The notes beneath the pieces are model-generated. The model was not told the origin of the DNA. It did no database searches and was given only the letters and a program-made list of their open reading frames with translations. 64,000 bases of DNA. Origin: Candidatus Binatia bacterium (GTDB taxonomy: Bacteria > Desulfobacterota > Binatia > Bin18). The stretch spans positions 34,005-98,004 of the forward strand of contig JAJDTY010000080.1 of the NCBI GenBank assembly GCA_022826945.1. The letters run 5' to 3'. The translations under genes and the position numbers were made by a program. Numbering within the stretch: position 1 is the stretch's first letter; the number at the start of each line of letters is the position of its first letter. This document shows positions 45,501 to 54,648 of this stretch, piece by piece.

Positions 45501-46745
45501 ATGAAGATTGTCACCCCGAACGAAGCCGTACGAGCCATCCCCGATGGCAGCATTGCGATTTTCCCCCACAGCTGTGTCGAACCGACGACCTTCTATACGG
45601 CTTTCCAGCACGAGGTTGAGCGCTTTAACAACCTAACCGTGTATTCCGGGCTGGCGTTTGGGAAATATCCCTTTCTGGAGAAGGGATTGGGGACGAATTT
45701 CCGCTATGTGACCTGGCAGGCCGCGCCCCAGCTTCGGCGTTTGTTCAAAGAAAACGACCCGCGCAAGATTGGTTTTGCCCCCATGCGGTTTAGCGAGATC
45801 ACCCGCATTGTGAACAAAAACGGGATTATCAAGCCGGATGTCGTCGTGGCGCAAGTCTCGCCGCCCGATCAGGATGGAACGGTCAGTTTGGGGATTTCGG
45901 TCAGTATCTATCAAGACTTCATCGATAGCGCGAAAATGGTGATCGCTGAGATAAACACTCATATGCCGGCAACGCACGGCCAGAGCCGAGTGCCGGTTGA
46001 GAAAATTGATTTTGCCCTAGAGTCCGCCGAACCTCTCGGGACCTATCGCTCGCCCCACCAAAGCGAGCGTGACGCCACAATCGTTGACTATGTTCTCGAC
46101 CTAGTTCCTGACTTGGCTTGGGTGCAGCTCGGTATAGGTTCCGTCCCCGATGCAGTGCTGGGCCGATTGGCAGACAAACGAGGGGTGAACCTCTACTCGG
46201 GCATGCTGTCACAGGGGCTGATCCAGTTTCTTGATCAGGTGAAACATACCCCCAAGATTCTCACCGGCGAGCTTGCCGGTGACCAGGAATTCTTTGATTT
46301 TTGCGGTCGCAATCCGCTCGTAGAAATGGCGACCGTCGATGTCACCCACAATATTCTGGAGTTGGCAAAGCTGCCGCGCTTCGTCTCCATCAATTCCGCC
46401 GTGGAAATTGACCTGCACGGCCAGAGTAATGGCGAGACCATTGGACCGGTACAGATCAGCGGCGTCGGCGGCAGCCTCGACTATGTGGAAGCTGCGGCGC
46501 TGGCCGAGGACGGTGTGTCCATTATTGCCCTGCCGTCGACGACCGAAGATGGCAAGCGCTCAAAGATTGTCGCCAGCCTAGCCACTGGCGCCGTTGTCAC
46601 CACGCCCCGCTTTTGTACCGACTATATCGTGACCGAATACGGCATCGCCCGCATGAAGGGCAAAGACCTCCACGGGCGAGCCGAAGCCCTCATCCAAATC
46701 GCCCACCCGGATTTTCAGCCTGAATTGGAGAAACAGTTAGGATAG
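45501..46745 (+). CDS. Acetyl-CoA hydrolase/transferase family protein (second copy)
   Basis: 'SGVGGSLDYVEAA', 'VTEYGIARMKGKDLHGRAEALIQIAHPDFQ'. Paralog of 6314..7633. Confidence 0.8.
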   Translation: MKIVTPNEAVRAIPDGSIAIFPHSCVEPTTFYTAFQHEVERFNNLTVYSGLAFGKYPFLEKGLGTNFRYVTWQAAPQLRRLFKENDPRKIGFAPMRFSEITRIVNKNGIIKPDVVVAQVSPPDQDGTVSLGISVSIYQDFIDSAKMVIAEINTHMPATHGQSRVPVEKIDFALESAEPLGTYRSPHQSERDATIVDYVLDLVPDLAWVQLGIGSVPDAVLGRLADKRGVNLYSGMLSQGLIQFLDQVKHTPKILTGELAGDQEFFDFCGRNPLVEMATVDVTHNILELAKLPRFVSINSAVEIDLHGQSNGETIGPVQISGVGGSLDYVEAAALAEDGVSIIALPSTTEDGKRSKIVASLATGAVVTTPRFCTDYIVTEYGIARMKGKDLHGRAEALIQIAHPDFQPELEKQLG

Positions 46746-46907
46746 GAACTGTTCCGTTCGTCCATGTGAGGGATGATCCATATCCGGTTTCTCGTCGCTC
46801 GCCTTTTTTCTCTCCGACCTGTTTGCTACGCTCAGTCTCTCGCTGGTACCGTATGTATCGCTTGCCGAGGCTGCCAGGCAGGAACCAGTCTGCATGAGGG
46901 AACGATT

Positions 46908-48191
46908 ATGATTGAACGGGCCGCTATCCTGAGCACGGGGGATGAAATCACGACCGGTAAAGTCGTTGATACCAACTCTAACTATATTGCGGATAAGCTG
47001 ATTGAAGCCGGGCTAGACGTTGCCTCAATTGTCACGGTTGGCGATGTGACAGAGCGGATTGTATGGGCCTGGGAACAGGCCATGGTGCACGCCGACGTAA
47101 TCATTTCCACCGGTGGTATTGGACCCACGGCAGATGATCTCACGACCGAACTGGTCGCCAAGGTTGCCGGAGTCGGGTTAACCTTCTCTGAAGAAGTCGC
47201 TGAGAATATTCGGCGGATTTTTGCCTCGCTGAACCGCACCATGCCGGAGAATAATCTCAAGCAAGCTCAGTTCCCCGCCGGAGCGACCATTATTCCCAAC
47301 CATCTCGGGACGGCGCCGGGCTACCGCCTAACGCTGGAGACACCGCACGGTCGGAAGCATCTGATTGTCCTGCCAGGTGTCCCGCGCGAGATGAAGCCCA
47401 TGATGGAAGAAAGCGTTATCCCCTGGATTGGTGAAATGCGGGGTGGGGGCGATGTCTTTCTGACCCGGACGTTTCAGACCTTCGGTATCAGTGAGTCCGG
47501 ACTGGACGAACTGGTGTCCGGCGTGGTTGCTGAAGACGAGGGGAAGCTGGCCTTTCGGGCCAACTTCCCCCAAATTTCCATGCGCGTAACTGTCCGGGGG
47601 AAGGCAGACGAGATTGAGCGACGGGTCGAAGTACTGGCGCAGCGGCTGCGCGAGAAAATCGGTCCGTATGTCTACGGCGAGGGTGACGTCAGTATGGAAG
47701 GCGTGGTGGGGCAGCTCCTCAAAAAGCAGGGGAAAACAGTCGGCTTTGCCGAGGCGTGCTCGGGCGGCCTGAGCAGCCATCGCCTGACGAATGTGCCGGG
47801 CAGCTCAGACTATTTTCTGGGTAGCATTATTGCCTATTCGGACAAAGCAAAAACCCAGTTGCTCAATGTCAACCCCGACACCCTGAGTCAGCACGGCGCG
47901 GTCAGCGAGGAGACAGTCAAGGAAATGGCTAGCGGCGTCCGAACCCGTCTGGGAACCGATATTGGTGTTGCGGTAACAGGTATTGCCGGACCGGACGGCG
48001 GCACCCCGGACAAGCCGGTCGGGACTGCCTGCCTGGCGCTTGCCATGGATGGAACACTGGTGTCGCGGCAGTACAAGCTCTGGGGCAACCGGGAGTGGAT
48101 AAAAACCTTGACCTCCCAGCTGTGCCTGGACTGGGTGCGGCGTGCGCTTCTTGACATTCCGATTGCAGAATCAGGATTTATACGTCGCTAA
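46908..48191 (+). CDS. cinA: CinA: competence/damage-inducible protein A (MoCF domain + nicotinamide-nucleotide amidase)
   Basis: 'AILSTGDEITTGKVVDTNSNYIADKL', 'TGGIGPTADDLT', and the C-terminal 'AESCSGG'-type region 'AEACSGGLSS'. Confidence 0.9.
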   Translation: MIERAAILSTGDEITTGKVVDTNSNYIADKLIEAGLDVASIVTVGDVTERIVWAWEQAMVHADVIISTGGIGPTADDLTTELVAKVAGVGLTFSEEVAENIRRIFASLNRTMPENNLKQAQFPAGATIIPNHLGTAPGYRLTLETPHGRKHLIVLPGVPREMKPMMEESVIPWIGEMRGGGDVFLTRTFQTFGISESGLDELVSGVVAEDEGKLAFRANFPQISMRVTVRGKADEIERRVEVLAQRLREKIGPYVYGEGDVSMEGVVGQLLKKQGKTVGFAEACSGGLSSHRLTNVPGSSDYFLGSIIAYSDKAKTQLLNVNPDTLSQHGAVSEETVKEMASGVRTRLGTDIGVAVTGIAGPDGGTPDKPVGTACLALAMDGTLVSRQYKLWGNREWIKTLTSQLCLDWVRRALLDIPIAESGFIRR

Positions 48192-48207
48192 GGAAAGAGC
48201 GGACTCC

Positions 48208-48801
48208 TTGTTGATTCGCGCCTTCATCGCAGCTAATCTAGCCCCCTCAGTAAGCGAAGAAATGGCAAAAGTCCAATCCGCTCTCCAAAAGGCAAGAGGC
48301 GATATACGCTGGGTCAAACCGCAGGGATTTCATCTGACGTTTCGGTTTCTTGGGAATATCGAGCCGACTCGCGTTGCGTCTATCCTGACCGCATTGCGAG
48401 CAGCCGTGAAGTTTCATCCTCAGTTCCGAGTCCGAACGCAAGGACTCGGGGCTTTTCCTTCACTCACCCGGCCGCGGGTGCTGTGGGCTCGTCTGACCGG
48501 CGACGGTCTACAAGAGCTGCATACAAAGATCGAGTCGGCTCTCGGCTCCTGCGGCTTTCCGTCCGAGGACCGCGCGTTTCGCCCGCATATCACCCTGGGC
48601 CGGGTCCGTTCCCTGCGTGGCTGGAGTCAGGTACTGGAAGGGATTAAGGTGTATCTCCAGTACGATTTTGGTGAGAGTCTTATTGACAAAGTGACCCTGT
48701 ATCAGAGTGACCTGAGGCCAGGCGGAGCAGTATATACGCCACTCGGCGTCGCTCCTCTGGATCCTATTCAAGGTATATCAATCCACCGCCTACAACAGTA
48801 A
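48208..48801 (+). CDS. thpR: RNA 2',3'-cyclic phosphodiesterase (LigT/ThpR, 2H family)
   Basis: Two HxT/S motifs: 'FHLTFRFLG' and 'PHITLGR'. Probable TTG start after AAGGAAAGAG; the exact start is uncertain. Confidence 0.8.
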   Translation: MLIRAFIAANLAPSVSEEMAKVQSALQKARGDIRWVKPQGFHLTFRFLGNIEPTRVASILTALRAAVKFHPQFRVRTQGLGAFPSLTRPRVLWARLTGDGLQELHTKIESALGSCGFPSEDRAFRPHITLGRVRSLRGWSQVLEGIKVYLQYDFGESLIDKVTLYQSDLRPGGAVYTPLGVAPLDPIQGISIHRLQQ

Positions 48802-48810
48802 GGAGTGTAT

Positions 48811-49857
48811 ATGGCAGAGGACAGAGATCGTGAACGAGCGTTGGACTTAGCGGTCAGCCAGATCGAAAAGCAGTTTGGCAAGGGCTCGATCATGAAGCTC
48901 GGCGAGGACGCCCTGGTGCGTAACATCGCTTCGATTTCGACTGGCTCGCTGGGCCTGGACCTCGCTCTTGGTATTGGTGGCCTGCCGCGCGGACGTGTGG
49001 TCGAGATCTACGGACCTGAATCATCGGGGAAAACTACACTCGCTCTACACGTCGTTGCTCAGGCGCAAAAGGTGGATGGTGCCTGCGCCTATATTGACGC
49101 GGAACACGCCCTGGACGTGAGCTATGCCGGAAAACTTGGGGTGAAAGTTGACGAGGTGTTGATCTCTCAGCCCGACAACGGTGAACAGGCGCTCGAAATC
49201 ACGGACACCTTAGTCAGAAGCGGTGCGCTGGATGTGATTGTGGTCGATTCTGTGGCTGCCCTGGTTCCCCGCTCTGAGCTCGAAGGCGATATGGGTGAGC
49301 CGCAGATGGGCCTGCAGGCCAGACTCATGTCGCAAGCGCTACGGAAACTCGTCAGTACGATCTCACGCTCGCGCACCTTGGTTATCTTCATCAATCAGAT
49401 TCGGATGAAGATCGGCGTCATGTTCGGCAGCCCCGAGACCACAACCGGTGGCAATGCCCTCAAATTTTATTCCTCCGTCCGCATGGACATCCGCCGTACG
49501 GGCGCCGTCAAGCAGGGCGCCCAAGTGGTTGGGAATCACACTCGGGTCAAAGTGGTCAAAAATAAGGTTGCCCCGCCATTCAAGGAAGCGGAATTTGATA
49601 TTTTGTACGGAAGCGGAATATCCAAAGAGGGTGAGCTGATCGACATTGGTGTGGACAACAATATCGTTGAAAAGGCTGGCGCCTGGTATTCTTTTGCTGG
49701 AGAGCGGATCGGTCAGGGTCGGGAGAACGCCAGAGAATATCTGCGAGACAACCCCGAGGTGTCCGCGACGATAGAGCATCAGGTTCGGGAGAAGTTTGGT
49801 CTCAGCACCCCTCAAGCCGAAGCCGCAGTGGGAGAAGAGGTGACTGAGAACGCCTAG
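48811..49857 (+). CDS. recA: Recombinase RecA
   Basis: '[12 protein letters not shown]' Walker A and '[14 protein letters not shown]'. AAGGAG RBS. Confidence 0.98.
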   Translation: MAEDRDRERALDLAVSQIEKQFGKGSIMKLGEDALVRNIASISTGSLGLDLALGIGGLPRGRVVEIYGPESSGKTTLALHVVAQAQKVDGACAYIDAEHALDVSYAGKLGVKVDEVLISQPDNGEQALEITDTLVRSGALDVIVVDSVAALVPRSELEGDMGEPQMGLQARLMSQALRKLVSTISRSRTLVIFINQIRMKIGVMFGSPETTTGGNALKFYSSVRMDIRRTGAVKQGAQVVGNHTRVKVVKNKVAPPFKEAEFDILYGSGISKEGELIDIGVDNNIVEKAGAWYSFAGERIGQGRENAREYLRDNPEVSATIEHQVREKFGLSTPQAEAAVGEEVTENA

Positions 49858-49863
49858 CGTTGT

Positions 49864-50349
49864 ATGCCTTTACTTATGAGTCATCCGCGTTCCTCTTCTG
49901 AGCAGACCCCGCTGCATTATGCCTATAGTCTCCTGGCGCGGGGCGACTACAGCGCGGCTCGCTTACACGAGAAATTACGGCTCAAGGGATTCACGTCACA
50001 AGTCATAACCGAGACGGTTGACACACTGAGGGAGCGCGGCCATCTGAACGATGCTCGCCTAGCGCGTGGTCTGGCTGAGCGATTTCAGAAGCAAGGCTTT
50101 GGTCGGTGTGGGGTGTGGGCCAAACTCCAGCAACGGGGACTACCGGACGACGTGATTGCAACTGCGCTGAGCGAGTGGGAAGAACCGACGGAGATCAAGC
50201 TCGCCGAGCAGCTTATCCAGCGTCGTTTCCCTCCTGTCGCGCTCGAAGAGCCCAAGACACGCGCTCGCGCGTATCGATTCCTATTGCGACGAGGATACTC
50301 TGCCAGTGTTGCGGCAAGCGTGCTAGGAAGAGAAGCGTATGACGACTAG
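49864..50349 (+). CDS. recX: Recombination regulator RecX
   Basis: Position directly after recA. Three-repeat helical pattern 'YAYSLLARGDYSAARLHEKLRLKGF...'. Confidence 0.8.
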   Translation: MPLLMSHPRSSSEQTPLHYAYSLLARGDYSAARLHEKLRLKGFTSQVITETVDTLRERGHLNDARLARGLAERFQKQGFGRCGVWAKLQQRGLPDDVIATALSEWEEPTEIKLAEQLIQRRFPPVALEEPKTRARAYRFLLRRGYSASVAASVLGREAYDD

Positions 50350-50370
50350 CGAACGGAAAGAGTAGCCGCC

Positions 50371-53013
50371 ATGACAGGGAACGAGATACGCAACAGCTTC
50401 CTGCAATTCTTTGCCGACCGGGGTCACCAGATTGTCCCGAGTGCGTCTTTGATTCCAGCAAATGACCCGACGCTGCTGTTTACCAATGCCGGGATGGTAC
50501 CGTTCAAGAATATTTTTCTCGGGATTGAACGGCCGACCCACCGGCGTGTGGTCGATTCCCAAAAATGTCTGCGCGTCTCCGGGAAGCATAACGATTTGGA
50601 AGAAGTGGGTCGCGATACCTACCACCACACCTTCTTTGAGATGCTGGGGAATTGGTCGTTTGGCGATTACTACAAAAAGGAAGCCATCCGCTGGGCCTGG
50701 GAATTGCTGACCGAGGTCTGGAAGCTTCCCAAGCCGAAACTCTGGGCAACCGTGTATACGACAGACGACGAAGCCGACGAGTGGTGGCGGACCCAAACCG
50801 ACATTGACCCGCAACAGATTCTGCGTTTTGCTGAAAAGGACAATTTCTGGGAGATGGGTGAGACGGGTCCCTGTGGACCGTGCTCGGAAATCCATATTGA
50901 CCGTGGTTCCCAGGCCTGCGAGTTAGCCAACACCCCGGGCCATACCTGCGCGGTCAATGGTGGCTGCCCGCGCTATATTGAGTTATGGAATCTGGTGTTC
51001 ATCCAGTACAACCGCAATGCGGATCAATCCCTGGACGACCTGCCCGAGACGCATGTCGATACGGGTATGGGCTTGGAGCGCATTGTCTCTGTTCTCCAGG
51101 ACGTGCCGGGCAATTATGACTCCGACCTGCTGCGCGACATTATTACCTTTGCCGAGGGGTTAGGCGATAAGCGCTACGGCGAGACGAGTGAACAGGACGT
51201 GTCGTTTCGGGTGATTGCCGACCACGCGCGTACGGCAGCATTTGCCATTGCCGACGGTGTGGTCCCGACCAACGAGGGGCGAGGCTATGTATTACGGCGG
51301 ATTATGCGCCGCGCCTTACGCCACGGACGACTCCTCGGCTTTGAGGGGCCGTTTTTCTCTCAGGTCGCCGGGAGCGTGGTCCAGCTCCTGGGCTCAGCCT
51401 ACCCCGAGCTGATTGAGCGACGGAATTATCTGACTGAGGTCATACACAACGAGGAGACCCGTTTCTCGGAAACACTGGACAAGGGTCTGGCCCTGCTCGA
51501 ACAAGAAATCCACGATCTACGTCAGCGCAACGCCACAACCCTGTCCGGCGAAACCGCTTTCCGCTTGTACGATACTTACGGCTTCCCGCTGGATATGACC
51601 GAGGATTTCCTTTCGTCCGAAGACTTCAGCGTCGACCACGATGAATTTCAGAAGGCCATGGAAGAGCAGCGGACGCGCGCGCGTGAGGGACAAAAGGGTT
51701 CGGTCTCTATCAGCACCGGGCTCTCCGATTCGGATGTGCGTTCCAGTTTCGTTGGTGACCGCCAGGCCGAGCACGAATCCGAGGTGCGCATGCTGCTGGT
51801 GGACGGACAGCCCCGAACAGACGCAGTAGGCGAAGGGGAAGTGGTTGATCTGATCACTGCCGAGACGCCTTTTTATGGTGAGTCTGGGGGACAGGTCGGG
51901 GATACCGGGACGATACGAACGAGCCGCGGCGATCTCATTGAGGTGCTGGATACGCTCAAACCGCAGCCTTCACTCATCGTGCATAAAGGCCGGGTAGTGC
52001 AGGGCACGATACAGACCGGAGATGCCGTTCAGCTCAGTATTGACGCACCGCGGCGCGAGGCCATTCGTTTGAACCATTCCGCGACGCATATTATGCATTC
52101 CGCGCTGCGCGAGCTCTTAGGCTCCCACGTCCGGCAGGCCGGCTCCCTGGTCACTCCGGATCGACTCCGTTTCGACTTTACGCATACCAGTCCGGTCAAG
52201 GACGATGTCCTCAATGAAATTGAAGATATGGTGAACCACCATATTCGGGAAAATGCCGCAGTAACGAGTGAGGAGATGTCCTTTACCGACGCGATCCAAA
52301 AGGGGGCGTTGGCCTTCTTCGGCGAGAAGTACGGCGAGATCGTTCGGGTGTTACGGATGGGAGATTTTTCAACCGAGCTGTGTGGCGGAACCCATGTGAG
52401 CCGGACCGGAGACGTGGGGCTGTTCAGATTCAGAGCGGAGACAGGCGTGGCGTCCGGTATCCGACGGGTCGAGGCGGTCACGGGCGAGGGTGCCCTCAAC
52501 TGGGTGCGTCAGCGCGAGCGCGTGCTCAAGGACATGGGCAGTATCCTGAGGGGGTCTGAGGAGGACGCGCTTGAGCGCTTGGAAAAATTGCTGAGCCGGC
52601 AACACGAGCTTGAAAAACAACTCGATCAGCTCCAGAGTCAACTCGCCGGCTCACAAAGCGATGATCTTGCTTCCCAAGTCCGTCAGACCAATGGAGTCAA
52701 TGTGATTGCCAGTCGGGTCGAGGGCGTAGATCAGAAAGCCCTCCGGGAGATGGCGGATACGCTGCGCGACAAACACCATCCTGCGGTTGTTGTCCTCGGA
52801 GCAACGAACGGGGCGAAAGTGTCGCTTCTCGCCGCGGTGAGTAAGGATTTGGTGCGGCAGTATCACGCAGGAAAGATTATCAAAGCGATTGCCCCGCTGG
52901 TTGGCGGCGGTGGGGGCGGACGGCCCGATTTTGCTCAGGCCGGCGGAAAAGATCCGAAGCGCCTGGATGAAGCCCTCCAAAAGGTGTATGAGCTGATTGA
53001 AAAAGGTACATAA
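50371..53013 (+). CDS. alaS: Alanine--tRNA ligase
   Basis: 'FTNAGMVPFK', 'HHTFFEMLGNWSFGDYYK', editing-domain 'HSATHIMH' and 'CGGTHV'. Confidence 0.98.
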   Translation: MTGNEIRNSFLQFFADRGHQIVPSASLIPANDPTLLFTNAGMVPFKNIFLGIERPTHRRVVDSQKCLRVSGKHNDLEEVGRDTYHHTFFEMLGNWSFGDYYKKEAIRWAWELLTEVWKLPKPKLWATVYTTDDEADEWWRTQTDIDPQQILRFAEKDNFWEMGETGPCGPCSEIHIDRGSQACELANTPGHTCAVNGGCPRYIELWNLVFIQYNRNADQSLDDLPETHVDTGMGLERIVSVLQDVPGNYDSDLLRDIITFAEGLGDKRYGETSEQDVSFRVIADHARTAAFAIADGVVPTNEGRGYVLRRIMRRALRHGRLLGFEGPFFSQVAGSVVQLLGSAYPELIERRNYLTEVIHNEETRFSETLDKGLALLEQEIHDLRQRNATTLSGETAFRLYDTYGFPLDMTEDFLSSEDFSVDHDEFQKAMEEQRTRAREGQKGSVSISTGLSDSDVRSSFVGDRQAEHESEVRMLLVDGQPRTDAVGEGEVVDLITAETPFYGESGGQVGDTGTIRTSRGDLIEVLDTLKPQPSLIVHKGRVVQGTIQTGDAVQLSIDAPRREAIRLNHSATHIMHSALRELLGSHVRQAGSLVTPDRLRFDFTHTSPVKDDVLNEIEDMVNHHIRENAAVTSEEMSFTDAIQKGALAFFGEKYGEIVRVLRMGDFSTELCGGTHVSRTGDVGLFRFRAETGVASGIRRVEAVTGEGALNWVRQRERVLKDMGSILRGSEEDALERLEKLLSRQHELEKQLDQLQSQLAGSQSDDLASQVRQTNGVNVIASRVEGVDQKALREMADTLRDKHHPAVVVLGATNGAKVSLLAAVSKDLVRQYHAGKIIKAIAPLVGGGGGGRPDFAQAGGKDPKRLDEALQKVYELIEKGT

Positions 53014-53047
53014 AGTGTAACTGTTTTACGCTTTTGACGGAGGCTGC

Positions 53048-54220
53048 TTGGCTGAAGTAGAACAGGTGACAGCAGAAACATCTCATATCGAGTTTGGTAA
53101 TCATCGCTTCTTACGCGATCTCCTCGGCCAACACGACGCGCACCTGCACGGCCTGGAGAACGCGCTCGGCGTGAAAATCTCAGCCTCCGGCAACGCCCTC
53201 ATCATTGCCGGAGAAGAGCCCCAGCGCGATTTGGCGGGTCGGGTGGCGACCCAACTGTACGACCTCATCCAACGGGGCTACCCCGTCTATCCGAGTGATG
53301 TGGATTACGCGGTCCGCATCCTCAGCCGTGACCATACGGCGAACCTTCAGGATATTTTTCTCGACACGGTCTATGTGTCGTCCAACCGCCGAACCATTAC
53401 TCCCAAGAGCCTTGCTCAGAAAGCCTACATTGATGCCATTCGCAACTACGATATTGTATTTGGTATCGGACCGGCTGGCACGGGGAAAACGTATCTGGCG
53501 ATGGCCGTCGCGGTCGCCGAGCTGATGAAGCGTAAAGTGAGTCGGGTCGTCCTCACCCGGCCTGCGGTCGAGGCCGGGGAGAAGCTGGGTTTTCTGCCGG
53601 GCGATCTGGCCGAAAAAATTAATCCCTACCTGCGGCCCTTGTACGATGCCCTGCACGACATGGTTGACTTTGATCGCGCCCAAAAAATGATTGAGCGCGG
53701 CGTGATTGAAGTGGCTCCGCTGGCATTCATGCGGGGCCGGACGCTTAATGATTCCTTTGTCATATTGGACGAAGCGCAGAATACGACCCGCGAGCAAATG
53801 AAAATGTTCCTCACCCGACTGGGCTATGGGTCGAAAGCCGTGATCACCGGCGATATCACCCAAATCGATCTCCCCGCCGGGACGCGCTCAGGCTTAAAAG
53901 AGGCCCGGCACATTCTGCGCGATGTTGATGGGATCCAATTTACGCTTTTCACGGAAAAAGACGTGGTCCGCCATCGTCTTGTTCAGGATGTGATTACTGC
54001 CTATGAACGCGCCCAAGAAGCCCAGGAGCGCCGCAACCAAGAAAGTCGTACCCTCCGCCGCAATCGCCTCCAGGCCCGGTCTGAGCGTAGACATCAGCGG
54101 CACGGTGCCGGGTCTGAGCCGGCCCCAGATTCGCCGCTGGAGCCAAACGATCCTGCGTCATCTGAAGTTGAAACAGGCCGAGCTGAGTCTGGCTTTCGTG
54201 ACGGATCAGACCATCCATGA
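53048..54220 (+). CDS. phoH: PhoH-family ATPase (YbeZ-like), with unusual ~65-aa low-complexity tail overlapping ybeY
   Basis: 'GPAGTGKTYLAMA', 'ILDEAQN', 'ITGDITQIDLP'. The family-typical end is around '...VITAYERA' (~54010). TTG start is uncertain. Confidence 0.85.
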   Translation: MAEVEQVTAETSHIEFGNHRFLRDLLGQHDAHLHGLENALGVKISASGNALIIAGEEPQRDLAGRVATQLYDLIQRGYPVYPSDVDYAVRILSRDHTANLQDIFLDTVYVSSNRRTITPKSLAQKAYIDAIRNYDIVFGIGPAGTGKTYLAMAVAVAELMKRKVSRVVLTRPAVEAGEKLGFLPGDLAEKINPYLRPLYDALHDMVDFDRAQKMIERGVIEVAPLAFMRGRTLNDSFVILDEAQNTTREQMKMFLTRLGYGSKAVITGDITQIDLPAGTRSGLKEARHILRDVDGIQFTLFTEKDVVRHRLVQDVITAYERAQEAQERRNQESRTLRRNRLQARSERRHQRHGAGSEPAPDSPLEPNDPASSEVETGRAESGFRDGSDHP

Positions 54221-54509
54221 ACTGAATCGGCAGTACCGGCACAAAGACCGGCCAACGGACGTGTTGTCGTTTCCGCTGGCCGATGAACGCTGTCCGACTC
54301 TTCTGGGCGACGTGGTCATATCGATCGATACCGCCCGTCGGCAGGCCCGGCAGCGCAAACGCGCCTTTACCGACGAACTGCGCGCCCTGCTCATCCACGG
54401 CATTCTGCACCTGCTCGGCTACGACCACGAAGTGTCGGACAGCGAAGCCGTCCGCATGCGCCGAAAAGAGCGTGAGCTGAAGGTCCTGTTGCAAGATCAT
54501 GATCGATAA
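54003..54509 (+). CDS. ybeY: Endoribonuclease YbeY (start uncertain: ATG at 54003 or GTG at 54105)
   Basis: 'RPTDVLSFPL' and the zinc motif 'HGILHLLGYDH'. Confidence 0.85.
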   Translation: MNAPKKPRSAATKKVVPSAAIASRPGLSVDISGTVPGLSRPQIRRWSQTILRHLKLKQAELSLAFVTDQTIHELNRQYRHKDRPTDVLSFPLADERCPTLLGDVVISIDTARRQARQRKRAFTDELRALLIHGILHLLGYDHEVSDSEAVRMRRKERELKVLLQDHDR

Positions 54510-54524
54510 GCGCGACAAAGGCTG

Positions 54525-54604
54525 AAGTCGTAAAACAGACCGCCTTGAAACCGGGACCGGCGGCATGTCTAGCTCTCGTGTGTTTGGAGGACACGTTTAC
54601 GCTT
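54525..54604 (+). repeat. Degenerate palindromic-element copy U (ybeY-lnt intergenic)
   Basis: Shares 'catgtct...ttggaggacacgtt.ac.ctt' with copy V. The left arm aagtcgtaaaac pairs only partly with the right arm gtttacgctt. Confidence 0.45.
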
Positions 54605-54648
54605 GTTGGCCTTTCCAGGCTGGGAGAGTCAGGCTAGGCTGCGTCTGT

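Noticed and set aside
46746-46759. GAAC-T-GTTC palindrome upstream of cinA as a LexA/SOS box.
   Set aside because: The spacing does not fit the GAAC-N4-GTTC or CTGT-N8-ACAG consensus, and no lexA gene is in the window to support it. It is kept only as a low-interest note.
53626-53660. 'gacatggttgactttga' in phoH resembles the right arm of element Z.
   Set aside because: It lies in a conserved PhoH block (LYDALHDMVDFD) with no left arm or loop similarity, so it is coincidental.
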